A DNA stretch of 64,000 nt from Rhynchobatus australiae (Eukaryota), in assembly GCA_034780895.1 (NCBI GenBank), contig JAUZTB010000098.1:87775663-87839662 (forward strand), written 5' to 3'. Shown here piece after piece: positions 25,465 through 37,509 of the stretch; the first letter of the stretch is position 1; every line of letters begins with the position of its first letter. Below the pieces are notes generated by a model that worked only from the letters and a program-made list of their open reading frames with translations, ran no database searches and was not told where the DNA came from. Made by a program: the position numbers and the translations under genes.

Positions 25465-25613
25465 GCAACACACAAGATGCTAGAGGAACTGAGCAGGTCG
25501 GGCAGCATCCATGGAGGGAAATGGGCAGTCAATGTTCCAGGTCAAGAACCTTCATCTGGACTTTCATCTTGTGTGGTGTTCTAGGTTTCAGCATCTGCTC
25601 TTTTGTGTCTCCC
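25465..25613. mobile_element. Short Penelope-terminus insertion with inverted arms and decayed hammerhead on the minus strand
   Basis: gatgctagaggaactgagcaggtcgggcagcatccatggagggaaatgg..ccttcatctggact followed by the opposite-orientation end cagcatctgctcttttgtgtctcc. Confidence 0.75.
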
Positions 25614-26464
25614 AAGCAAGGGTTAAGTTTATTGTAGTGTGTGACTTCGAATGACTGCTGATCATCTGAAGCCCAAGATGTCTGAAAAAATTTGCACTCC
25701 ATGTGTCAATTAGCAGAATCTTGCTATTATACCACTAGGCTATGGTAAATTTTGGGTTATACGTTCCTTTAAATGGATAGACTTGAACCAGTGTGGTTGA
25801 TTGTGTTGTTTGGTTATGAACACTGTTCACTTAAATTGGTGCTGCTGTTCATACGATGTTGTTTTATTCTGCCTTGATGGAGTGGAAATTATCCTGGAAC
25901 TCTAAGCCCTTTGTTCTGAAGTGGTGATTTAAGCCAAAGCTAAATTTTCATTTGGATTCTAATATATTTGTGATTCCCTCAGACACTGCAGTTCCAAATA
26001 GCTGCATGACTCCACAATGCTGTGCATGTTGTCCTAATTTGCAAATTTCAATAAAATGTAAACGTGCAAGCAACTAGTTGCACTATTAGAGTTACTTAAG
26101 GTCATCATTTAATGGATGATAGAATGTTTTTGGTTTTTCAAAAATGCTTGATTTTATGAAATCTGATCTGTTGTGATGAAAATTTAACAAAAACGGGTTG
26201 CAAGATTACCTTTCCACTTTTTGGCTTATTTCATTGGCATACAAATGATTTTCCATTAGTCCTAAGGAAATGATGAGGAATCGCATCTCAGCCAGCATTG
26301 AGACTTGCCCCGTTCTCCAGTCATTAACTGTCAATGAAGACTGGCAGAAATTGAAAATAGTCATCACAAAATATCTGCTTCACAGTGGCAGCCACAGCCT
26401 GCATGTCCATCAAATGATGGAAAGGGCTATCACCCATATGTCCATTTCTAGCTGAAAAGAGTCA

Positions 26465-26562
26465 CAAATTTTAAACAATTGGTTTAAAAATGTCATCGTC
26501 CCCAAATTCTGTGATAAGAATTTGGGGGCAGTGACCTTTTTAAACCAATTGTTTAAAATTTG
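26465..26562. repeat. 98-bp palindrome: 46-bp arms (42/46 match) with 6-nt loop
   Basis: caaattttaaacaattggtttaaaaatgtcatcgtccccaaattct-gtgata-agaatttgggggcagtgacctttttaaaccaattgtttaaaatttg. Confidence 0.95.
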
Positions 26563-29254
26563 GATCTTGGCCCCAAAAATAAAGTCTATGTTCATCAGGA
26601 ACCTAAATGCATCTGCATCATATTTCTTAGTTGTTGATGGTGTTGTGCTGAAGGTTTTGAATCGAGTCACCAGCAATACTTTACACATTACGCATCAGAA
26701 ATAATGAATTTTGAATGGAAAATCACTCTAGCATTCAAGTGGGAACATGTGGATGTGGTTAGCAGTCTAGTTCAACAACATCTGACTTAAAATTTTTTTT
26801 TGCAAGTACCTGGAGGATTTGAGGATGACGGCTGCTGCTTTTAAGCTTGTGCTGGTAAAATGTGAGGGGGCACCTTGGATTATTGTACAGCTTCTGATGT
26901 CTGGCAGAAATGATTGGTTAGAAAGACATTGTATGATCAAAACCCTTCCTGTTTTCACTTCGCACAACATCAATATCAACTCTCTTAAATGCAAGCCATT
27001 GTTCTTGAATGGCCTTTGCCTTTAGGGCTCCTTTGAAGAGCCAGATGCAAACCTACACCTCCTGGAAGAATTAGGTACTAGAGATCAGAAAGGTGACTGT
27101 TTAACATGCAGTAAATGACTTAACAGAAATGGCAGAGGTTGGGCCATTGGGGAGGGATAATGGCAACCAGCGTTGCCCTATTTGAGATTTTTGAAATTGC
27201 TTTGATTGCTTGAAGTAGCCCACTGTGAAGCATTGCAGCAGGAAGCCAGTGCGAGATGTTGTGCCTCATTTGTGCTGTAGCAGCTGCTTATGTCCATGGA
27301 ATTGTAAATCCTTTGTTCTTTTCACAAAAAAAAACTTTAACTCAGATGTAACAGATGTGATTTATTGATCGTGAAGTGGTCAAGCTGCCCATAGGAAGAG
27401 ACCCATACAATAGCACCATGTGTATATCTCAAGGTTTTTCAACACCAAATTGCATTTCTTTTTCCTCTTGGGACCAGTAGCAATGTAAGTGTGGTTCTTG
27501 GCACTACACGTGTTTATTTGTCCTTGGCTTTTTGAGTAATTTTAATTTGTTTGTGACTAGAGCTGGTGGGAATTCACTGTCTATTGTCTGTTTTTCAATC
27601 CTCTGTTTATGGTTTTGCAAAGGCATAAACAGGTTAGCAATGGTGACATTAGTTACAGAAAGAGTAATTAAAGGTTAATGGATGGAAAATTAGTAGATTT
27701 GAAGGAAAATGTGGTGTTCACCTGAATTCATAACACATCCTGGGGATAGTTTGTGCATTGGGAGGGGGAATTTGGGTAACCCTGCTCTATGAATCACTGT
27801 GCCAGAGCTGATGTCTGTAAGGCTTAGAAGAATATTTTGGAGGAGAAAGCAACATGGCACAAAACAGTGGGGAAATGTGTATTTTTGGGGTAATAAATCC
27901 AATACGGAGACTGGAAAATACACAGGACTGCAGCAAAGCCATTGATAAAGTACCGGTTTGTGGGAGAGCAGTCTATGTATTGTTTTTTTATATCCATGAA
28001 ACCCTGTGAAATATAAGGAAGTTTTAATGTATTTGAAGAATTACTGTCATTGGAGATGGGGAAGATGATGAACCATAAATTTCCTGTGAAATGACCATCA
28101 GACTCTGGCATTATAACCAGAAATTCCCACCTTGCCAACTATTTTTTTTGCTCAGCCATATAATCTACTCTGGGAGACACAAATGCAAGTCTGGTTAGTT
28201 GGGGTGTTAAGGAGGGAGAGTGGTGGAGTGAAATATACTGGAAACATTTTCTCCATTCAGTTGAAGAAGTTAAAGATGTTTGACTTCTGATGTGATTTTG
28301 GCTAGGACACAGATTGTGTTCATTCCAACCAGGGGTTCAACTCACTGGGGAGAAATGAACATCTAGCTTGCCCATGCCCCTGTGAAGTTTCAACTTGTGC
28401 CCCTGATCAAGCTACTGATACAGTGTCCTCCTGTTGAACAATGAGTATGCATGAGCTGCAGCAGTTTTGAAAATTCCATTCAGTAAGTCAGCCAGGGACT
28501 CTTTAAGCCATTCAAAATTGGAAGAATGACTGGTACAATATTTGCTTCTTAGCCCAGTAACTGGGTCAGTGTAGCCAATTTTTGTTGCGAGCTATGAAGC
28601 ATCAAGCTAACCATGGTAATACTCTTCCAAATGTTACACAATGGTCAAATAAACAAGTTTGCAGATAAATAAATGTATTCATCTACATTTGAACCAGTCA
28701 ATCCTTTGAACCCAAAAGATGAAAAATTATTACATGCAGTCAATTATTGTGGCTTTATTCAAGGACTGGATTGTCTTAGAATGGTTCTGAGAGGAAAAAG
28801 TGGTGCAACTATAACTAATGCCTTTGGGCAATGCTGAACTTTCAACCCCAAATCCTTGCTTGAAATGTAGTCTTCTCACCACTATTGCCATCGTTGACTG
28901 GCTCCAAGCTTTGAATTCTTGCCTTAATGTTTGCTTTAAATGGACAGCAAGAATTGCTATTAAAAGCATGACCTTTTATAACTGATGTAGTTTGCAATAA
29001 ACAAAGTTTGATCAACAATAAATACACCAAAGAATGTTCAGATGTTTATATAATTTTCAACGTATTTGGATTAAAAATATTAAAGTGTCCTAATTCAAAA
29101 AAATTATTTGTTCGAATAAATAACCAAACTGATAATCAAGAAAATTTATTCTCTATAAATCTTTTCTGACATCAATCCATTACAAATGAGGCTTTGATTC
29201 CCTTGCAACGAATGTGTAGCTTCCATTTCATTTGTGCTCTTTTATGCATTTGTA

Positions 29255-29935
29255 TGCATGTTTATCCACGGCCTCCTCTACTGTCACATTGAGGCCTGAC
29301 ACTGGTTGGAGGAACAACACCTCATAACTTGAAGTTGGGAGTCTCCAGCTTGATGGCCTCACACCGATTTCTCTAACTTCAGGTGACTCTTCCCCTCTTT
29401 CCCCCTCTGTGTCTTCCCTCATTCCTGTGACCCCTCGCACTTTCTCTTTCCCCTCCCCAACCTTCACAACCTGCCCATTTATTCCCCACTTCCCTTTTTT
29501 TGCCCATGGTCTACTGCCCTCTCCTACCGGATTCAGTCTTCAGCCCTTTGCCTCTTCTACCTATCACCCCTCAGCTTCTTGCATCACTCCCTTTCATACC
29601 CCTTCCCCCCCCCCCCCCACCCACCTACCTTCCCCCTCTCACCTGGACTTGCCNNNNNNNNNNNNNNNNNNNNNNNNNNNNNNNNNNNNNNNNNNNNNNN
29701 NNNNNNNNNNNNNNNNNNNNNNNNNNNNNNNNNNNNNNNNNNNNNNNNNNNNNCCCCCACCCACCTACCTTCCCCCTCTCACCTGGACTTGCCTATCACC
29801 TGCCAGTTCGTGCTCCTCCCACTCCCCCCAACCATCTTATTCTGGCTTCTGCCCTCTTCCTTTCCATCTCGACGTGAAACCTCAACTGTTTATTTCCCTC
29901 CATAGATACTGGTTCCTCCAGCACTTAGTGTGTGT
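29255..29935 (+). mobile_element. Penelope-like element 3' portion (endonuclease C-terminus, pyrimidine-rich UTR, terminus)
   Basis: 29255-29385 parallels 6220-6350 (ctcctctactgtcacattgagg..ggaacaac..gatttctctaac). The hammerhead region near 29870 is largely deleted. Confidence 0.8.
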
Positions 29936-30139
29936 TGGCTTGATGTGCGAGCTCTCGTGAACATCCACATTGGTTAAAGCTAGCCGGCTATGATTTTCAA
30001 TTGTGTTAAAAGATAATTCTCTGCATACATTTGAATTTGTTGTTGAAGAAAGTAGCTTGGCTGCCTGCCTGCCTCCAGAGCAGACCATCACTTCCAGCAT
30101 GTTTCTGGATGCAGACTTTGACTCCCAGTTTCTCTAAAG

Positions 30140-30250
30140 GTAAAATGGCAGATATTGGAAATCTGAAATACAAACAAAATATTACAAACACTCAGCAAAC
30201 CAGGCAGTATCTGTGAAAAGAGGAATTGGATTAACATATCAAATCAAAGA
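30140..30250 (-). mobile_element. Old Penelope terminus remnant
   Basis: gcagatattggaaatctgaaatacaaac..ctcagcaaaccaggcagtatctgtg. Confidence 0.6.
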
Positions 30251-30319
30251 ACATTCTGGCTTTTTTTTTATCTCCCCTCTTAGAAGTATAGTCCGAGATG
30301 GTATTTTGGTTTTTCATGT

Positions 30320-30635
30320 CAGTTTAAGAACCTGATGGCACTGGGAAGAAGCTGTTAATGAACCTTGAGGTCGGGGGCTTCAGGCTGCTATACCTCCTGC
30401 CTGATGGCAGCAATGAGAAGAGGGCATGGTCTGGATGGTGGTGGTCCTTAATGATGGACCTTCCTGAGACATTGCCTCTTGTAGTTGTCCTCTATGGTGG
30501 GAAGNNNNNNNNNNNNNNNNNNNNNNNNNNNNNNNNNNNNNNNNNNNNNNNNNNNNNNNNNNNNNNNNNNNNNNNNNNNNNNNNNNNNNNNNNNNNNNNN
30601 NNNNGTACCTCAGTACAAGTGACGATAATAAACCA
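30320..30635 (-). mobile_element. Rex1/Babar LINE 3' fragment, spanning a gap
   Basis: Minus strand resembles IIKDHHHPDHALFSLLPSGRRYSSLK; a Rex-type tail gtacctcagtacaagtgacgataataaa follows the gap in the opposite orientation. Confidence 0.7.
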
Positions 30636-33104
30636 AGTGCAATTCCAAATTTATCTGTTAACCACTTTTCAAGCCACGCTTGAATATTAATCCCACTTCC
30701 ATGTGATCTGCCATTGTTCATTGGCCTCCTGTGTTGAATTACTGGGGCCCTTCTGAAAATCTAAACACATCATATCCATTGATTCTTCCTCAATAGATGC
30801 AATAGATTAGTCAAACATGATTTCCTTTTCATAAGTCCAGGTTGATTCTATACATATTATTTCTTGATATCACAATCTTCATTATAAATTCTACTACTTT
30901 CACTGTTACCAGTAATTTTGGACCAACAGTATATAAAGTTTTGCATCTCTGTCTGCAAAATGTGAGTCTTCATCAGTAAGAAATATAGGGATGAAAGAAA
31001 GTGCATACACAGAGGGATGGAGGTACTGACGAGCTAAGCTGGTGTAAAGAAGGATGGGTTAGAGAAGGAAAAGTGAAGGACGAGGGTAATGTTCACGTCG
31101 GGATATAATTAAGTGTGACAGTCTACCCACCCTTCCAGCTGTGCTAGCTCCACGTCCATTTCTCTCATTGAGTCCAGGATGTTGATGCTATGATCCTAAC
31201 ACTGATATCACTGGCAACTACCAACTACCCATTTCTGTTTCACCTCAGGCTTTTCCTCTTGTCAGTAGGGAGTACAATGTACCTGAAGCCCCTTAGAGCT
31301 CAGCATTTTATTCTAGGAAGTCATTAAAATGAGGCACAGACTTCAAAAAATCTGGACTCCAACATTTCATCTTGCATTTTGACATAAATACTGGAGTTGA
31401 CATTGATGTGCATATCCTTATCTTGCCAATTGATGTTTAATTGGTCAGGAAATCTCAAAATGATATTGGAAATGCAATGGTTGGGTAAAAAGCTGGAGGC
31501 AAATTGCATTGGGATTTCAAGCCTTAATTTGTCTGACTATGTTTGTTAAATGTAGTTATCTTAACTTTCAGATAATTTACAGGCTCTGAAGCCCTATTGT
31601 TATTAGTTGCCTTAATTATCATAAATATCTAGAAATTCATTGACTGTTCTAATAATGTATTGAGTTGGTTGCAGTGTCTTACACAGATGGCTGTTTTGGT
31701 TGTAAGCTCTCTGGGTGGAAAATGCAGTAGCCCCAAAGCATTGGCCTTGTACTGGAAAAGGCCTAGTGCTGCATGTTAAAAGACTTGCTATTTGTCTAAT
31801 GCCCCATTTGGGTAAACAACTAAACAAGTTGTGTAGGTAAACCATCTGTGACCCTGGATTTCCCCCTGCCTGGTTCATCCCAAAGAGCAGGTGAGAACTC
31901 GCTGTGAATATGAGACGGCTGAGCATCTATAATCACAAGAGGAATTCTCAGTAAGATGACAACTAGCTGTCATTGAACTTTGTCTGTCTGAAGTTGAGGC
32001 TGGGGACGACATTACCCTGACCCATACTCCTGATGAGAGGTTCTCCTCCCCTTAAACCTTAAACCTATTACAAGACAAGCTGATCTGTAGGCTGAAATTG
32101 GAGCTGGGTAGCATGTGGGTCAATTCACTTTCGTCTCCCAAAAGCCTGATCAAAGAGTTTCAAGGCACATCTGTCCTCTAGAAATCTACCAATGCTGTTA
32201 AATTTTCAGACCTGGAAACCTGGGCCTGTTGTGAAAGACAGCTACTGTAGGGAGAGGGATTGAAACTGCTGGATTCGGCTCAACAAAGCATAATAGCAAG
32301 TTTTATTATAGTTTCAAGTATGGTGCGGTATGGCTTTACCTTCCCTCAGGGAGTTAACTGTAGTGCTGAGTATTTCCATATGAACCCTCTTGTTTTAATA
32401 ATGTGCTTGTAGCCCAGTATTTGAAGTTGAAGCTCGCATGGTTTCAAAGAATAACAGATAGGAATAGCTTGGAGGAAAGATGCTGGTTTATGTTTCCACA
32501 AACTACATTGGTTATATTTGCTCCAATTACTTGAGAGAGGCTGATTTAGAGTTGTATTATTACAATCAATAAAACTAAAATACTAAGACCAAACTGCCTG
32601 CAATATTAGCAGATGATTGCTAAACACCATATATATTTTGAAGAATCATTATTTCATTGAGTTTACAACACATTAAAACCATTGGGATGTTATTCAAAAA
32701 TCTCAGGAATTGTATTATTTCTTTTTGAAGTGATCTTTTGTCCTTTTATCATTTTCTTTCTTCCTTGTTTCTTCTCTACTTCAGAACCTCTGCATCCTAG
32801 TTTGAGTTCCAGAGAATGTCTCAGTCCAGCTCGTCTATCAGATTTGTTTCATGCAAATCAACTCTCACCTCTTACGTCCTCTTCAATGTATTTATGTTTT
32901 TCATTTTAACTAACTTTTTGCAAAAGCAAGTTCCATGTTCTTGGCCCCATTTTTGAGTGAAAAGAAATGTTCGCTGAATTCCCTGTGGAGTTATTTGGTG
33001 CTGACCTTTGTTTCTGGCAGTCAGTGGACAGAGAAATTAAGTTAACATTTCGGGTCATTGACACTTAATCAAACTTGGAGTTTTGCAAGCTCTTAAACCT
33101 TGAA

Positions 33105-33910
33105 GACAAAAGAGACTGCAGATGCCGGAATCTGGAACAAAAAAACAAAACACTGGAAGAACTCAGTGGGTCAAGCAGTATCTGTGGAGGCAAAAGGTGT
33201 AAGCTGATATTTTGGGTTGAGGCCCTGCATCAGGACTGAGGGAAGAGGGAAAAATTTACTAATAGGGAGAAGTATGAGGGGGGTCAGATGGAGGCTGGTA
33301 GGTGATGGGTGGAGCTGATGGGATGATGGGCAGATAGTACCAGGAGGAGATGGGAGAGGTGACAAAGGGAGAAGAAAACGAGGTGGAAAGTGAGTGTGTG
33401 GGAGAACACCAGGGGTGCAGATGACCTGAAACTGAAAGATACAATGTTCATATATTGGGTTGAAACTACTCAAATGGAATACAGGATGTTGTTCTTCTCA
33501 TTTGCATTTGGTCTCTGTAGCAATGAAGAATGTTGAGGATAGATGGGTCGGAGCAGGAAGGAGAGTTAAAATGACATGCAGCTGGAAGCTCTTCATAGCC
33601 GTTACAGATGCAATGCAGGTGATCTGCAAAATGGTTGCCTAGTCTACGCTTATCATCAATGTAGAGGAAGCCACATCACGAGAACCGAATACAGTAGGCC
33701 ATTGTTGGAAGAGGTACAGGTGAATCTCTGCCTTGACTGGAAGTACTATTTAGGTCCTGGATGGTGGTGAGGGAGGAGGTGAAGGGATAATTGTCAGACC
33801 TCCTATGATTCCAGGGGACGGGAAGGATGAGTGGACCAGGGAGTCAAAAAGCGAGTGGTTCCTGTGGAAAGCAGAATGGGGCAGGGTAAAGAGAGGAAGA
33901 TGTGATGGTA
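33105..33910 (-). mobile_element. Penelope-like element 3' portion with decayed hammerhead
   Basis: Terminus aagagactgcagatgccggaatctgg; minus-strand agtcctgatgcagggcctcaacccaaaatatcagct; GIY-YIG-like remnant at 33440-33790. Confidence 0.75.
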
Positions 33911-36209
33911 AAGCAGCTACAGAGGAGGAACTTTCTTTACTTGTGAAGAAAATAATTCTTTTTGAAAAGTGATAATGATGGGTTTTCCCTTCGTTACTTG
34001 ATTCTTACAGAAAAAAGTTTCAGAATTCATATCAATAGATACGCAAGTTAATGAACTATCCATCAAAAATAAAAAGCTTTGCATTGACATCTGCCTTTTC
34101 ACAATCCTAGGACATCCATCTTTAAGTGGTTCTCATCTCCATGACCTCTTGTAATATTGGGTCCTGTGATCTTGGGGGAAATTTAGTGATTTAGCTCCCC
34201 TACAATCCAATATGAATATGCAGCCAATGGGAAAATGCTGTATCAAAGCAATCAGACTCCTTTCACACAGGATCTGACAAGGTAGTCAAGAAATTGTGGG
34301 AATATTATGACAATAAAATGATCCTTGTGCTATTCTTAAAAAAATAGCAATCATTGTAATTGCCTCCTTTGTGCTGGGAAGATTCTGTTCCTTGATCCTT
34401 TTGAGAATGGCATTTACAGCTACTTTCAAAGCGAAGATCTTGTAATGATAAATGGAAACTCAGCCCCCAGGTAGTCTATACAAAGAAGTGTTGTCACAGA
34501 ACTTGAATGTGCTATCTTTCTATTCTCCCAGACAGATGGATTTTACACTTGGAGCAATCTTTAAATTATTAAATTATCACCCATCCAAGGCTGGGGGTAT
34601 TTTCAATAGAAGGAACTTTCCATAAATATGTTTTAACTCTGAGCTTGCCTGGTAGTTCCAGCTTTTTGATGTTTTCCAGATTATGAATAACAGGAGAGGT
34701 GTTATGTTTAACACATTTAAACTAGATGTATTTGCTCCTTCTTTCCATTTCTCATCATTTTTTCACTCTTCTTCCCACTGTCCCCCACAACTCTTCCCCA
34801 ATGGAATACCACCAGATGCTCTGCTATTTTATGCCAAGATTTTGAATCTCTGTGGAAGATGTAGTAGCTTTCAGAAAGATATTTAACCAGATAAGTTATT
34901 TATCCTAACTTTCGGGACTGAGTTTCAGGGTTTATCAGTGTTGGTGAACCTAGCAATTTCTCTATATTAGCAATTACTTTGCAATCAATATCCAATAAGG
35001 TAACACAGTGCTGCTTGCAAGATCGATCTCTGATGCTGTTATCGAAATGACTTGCTATGCAACATTGCGAATGCACTTGCAATGAATGACACTGGAGAAC
35101 CTTAGATCAGTAAAAACTCACTCTGTTCTAATGTTGCTTACAATATTAAAATATTAATTGAGCCTATTACTTAGTGTTTTGTATCACTAGAGTCTGTATG
35201 TTCCACTGCTGCAATGTGTGTGCTCATATCAAAGATGTGATGGTTAGACTTTTTCTTTGTATGTACATACATAACCACAGACTCAATTATGTTTCTGCTT
35301 TTCCATCACCTTTTATTATTTGTGTTTCCATTGTAAGATATGGCTTGTTCTGCTTGGCAACAGCATGCATATCCCATTGGTCCTGCTTCATTACACAGAG
35401 GTCTTGTTCAATCTGGAACCATTTTAAGAAGTCTGCACTGATGATATGCTAAGTCCAATCGAGGCAGTGAGCACAAGGGTCCATGACGAGGAATAATTAG
35501 TGCCTGTTGCTAATTTCCTTGTCTCAGGTCGTCCTTCCTCTATTACAGGTTCATGTGGGAATTTCAACCACATGGGGTGTTCTGATTCAATTCATGGAGC
35601 TGGTGGGCTGAACAGATTTTTGAATCGAGCTCAGCGTGGGTTGGGACCTTCCTTGAACAACTTGCTTGTCTGTAGCTTGTTGGTTGGTTGATTCTCTCCA
35701 CTAGCTTTGGGTAGTAATCGATCAAGCACACTACAGCACAGTTATTTAATACTGGAATGCTCAGCTGGCTTGAATGTGGATTCATTTGAGAGATGAAGCT
35801 CTGACTTGAGTGCTCTCCTTAACATGCTTGCCTTTTTATTAGGTGTTTTGATTGAGATATAAACTTGTACTTGATTACCTGGCCTCTTGGACTAAAATGT
35901 TGTAGTTACAAAGATTAATGGAGCTTAGCAACACACCAGGTTTGTGCCTCGGCATGTTGCCTTGTTGGGGAGATTCAAAATACTATCCTTGTGATGCCAA
36001 TGTATTAAATCTTGCTTAAAAACTGAAAATGTTGGAAAAACTTAGTTGGTCAGGTACGATCCATAGAGAGCAAATTGGAGAACCAGACATATGTTTGGGT
36101 TAACAAACTTAAATAATTTTTGGTTTTCTGTAGCTGCAGTACTTTATTTTTAAATCTGGTTGCTGGGGGTATATGACAATAAAATGAATAGTTCACTTTG
36201 ACCTGTCCC

Positions 36210-36390
36210 TGTCTGAGAAAAGTGCCCAGCCATTGCTCTGAATTTTCATTCAGCAGCTTTGCCAAAATTTGAGAATCCTTGGCCAATGAATCCAGGACAC
36301 AAACCTGCTGTCGTCTTGCATCGTTGCTGCAATTCATCTTCTTATCCTTGTCCTTGAAGAAATCAGCTGTTGCTCTACCTTTCAAGGCAG
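36210..36390 (-). mobile_element. Possible very old LINE reverse-transcriptase remnant (RTE-like)
   Basis: ATADFFKDKDKKMNCSN..VCVLDSLAK..ILAKLLNE loosely resembles the RT motif ATIVTLFK-KGDK-DC-NYRGISLLS--GK-LA--LLNR. Confidence 0.3.
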
Positions 36391-36699
36391 GGGCAGATGT
36401 ATGGTGTGCTGTAATATGGGGAGTATATTTGGGAAGGGGTCTTCTTGTGCACAGGGTTTGCTCATTAGTTTCAAAGCCAAGTGTGTATATCACTGATAAC
36501 ATTTTAAAGTTGACTTTATTTCAGTAATTCTTCAGATAAGATAAAGCAGTAATGTGCTCACACGTTGGAATGTGAGGGGGATGATCAACCGCTTTTTTGT
36601 TTGTAGCTTTGTCACATATGGCAATTAAAAGCTGGAAATCTTTCAGTTCGCCAAGCTGTGAATTAATGATAGATTCTAAGCTTGATTAGAGAACAGTTT

Positions 36700-36850
36700 A
36701 AGAAATGCATTGTAGTGCCTTTCACAATCTCTGGCTGTTTTTAAGTACTTAAAATCAACATTTTTGTTTTGAATGAAACTATAACAGGAAGATGGAAGTC
36801 AATTTGCATTTAGTTCGATCTAGCCAACCCCAGGTGAACTATCCTTGAGT
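36700..36850 (-). mobile_element. Decayed Deu-SINE (SacSINE1/AmnSINE-like) 3' tail
   Basis: aagaaatgcattgtagtgcctttcacaa.. is the reverse complement of the recalled tail gtgaaaggcgctatataaatgca. Confidence 0.5.
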
Positions 36851-37431
36851 AAACATTGACCAGTAGAATTCCCTTTCCTTTTGATTTCTTATCTACTTTC
36901 TTTAGCTCTTGTTTTTTTTAAACAATACACTGATTTACAGACTACCATAACAATTGAAGAGAGTACAATGGCCTCATAAAGTTCTTTCCTCAATAAACTG
37001 TTAAACTGCTGGTGGCAAACATCGACTAGTGTACTATTTCCGTTCATTGCAGTAGAATATAGTCACAATGACCTAGTAATTGTTTTTCAATTAGATTAAG
37101 CATCATAAATGCAAAAGGATTCCAACACCAATCATTAACATCAAGCCTAGAGTGAGCGGGTGATTTGCACTCTGATTATTGCCAATAAGGTCATCTCCAA
37201 TGGCCCACTAATTACTGTGAGAGCTGGGGAAATGGTGTTGATCATTTGAGGTCAATGCAGATTTCTGGGCAATACAATGGTATGCTTAAATTTGTAAAAT
37301 AACTGTTTGGGGTAGATGGGAGCAATGGAATAAATTGAGGTCTCTGGTTCTGAATACAGGATTAAATATAACAGGATTTAGAGTTGGGGCTAAGGAGAAT
37401 CTCGTTTGTATTCAGGCTGTGAATTTCAGTT

Positions 37432-37509
37432 GAGAAGCAAGAGACTGGGGATGCTGGAATCTGTGGGAGATGCTGCTCAACCCACTGAGTTCCTCCAGCA
37501 GATTTTGTT
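37432..37509. mobile_element. 78-bp internally inverted Penelope-terminus insertion with exact 16-bp TSD
   Basis: gctgtgaatttcagtt at 37416-37431 and 37510-37525. Confidence 0.85.

Noticed and set aside
26767-26994. Possible RTE RT remnant on the minus strand
   Set aside because: Similarity too weak to support by eye.
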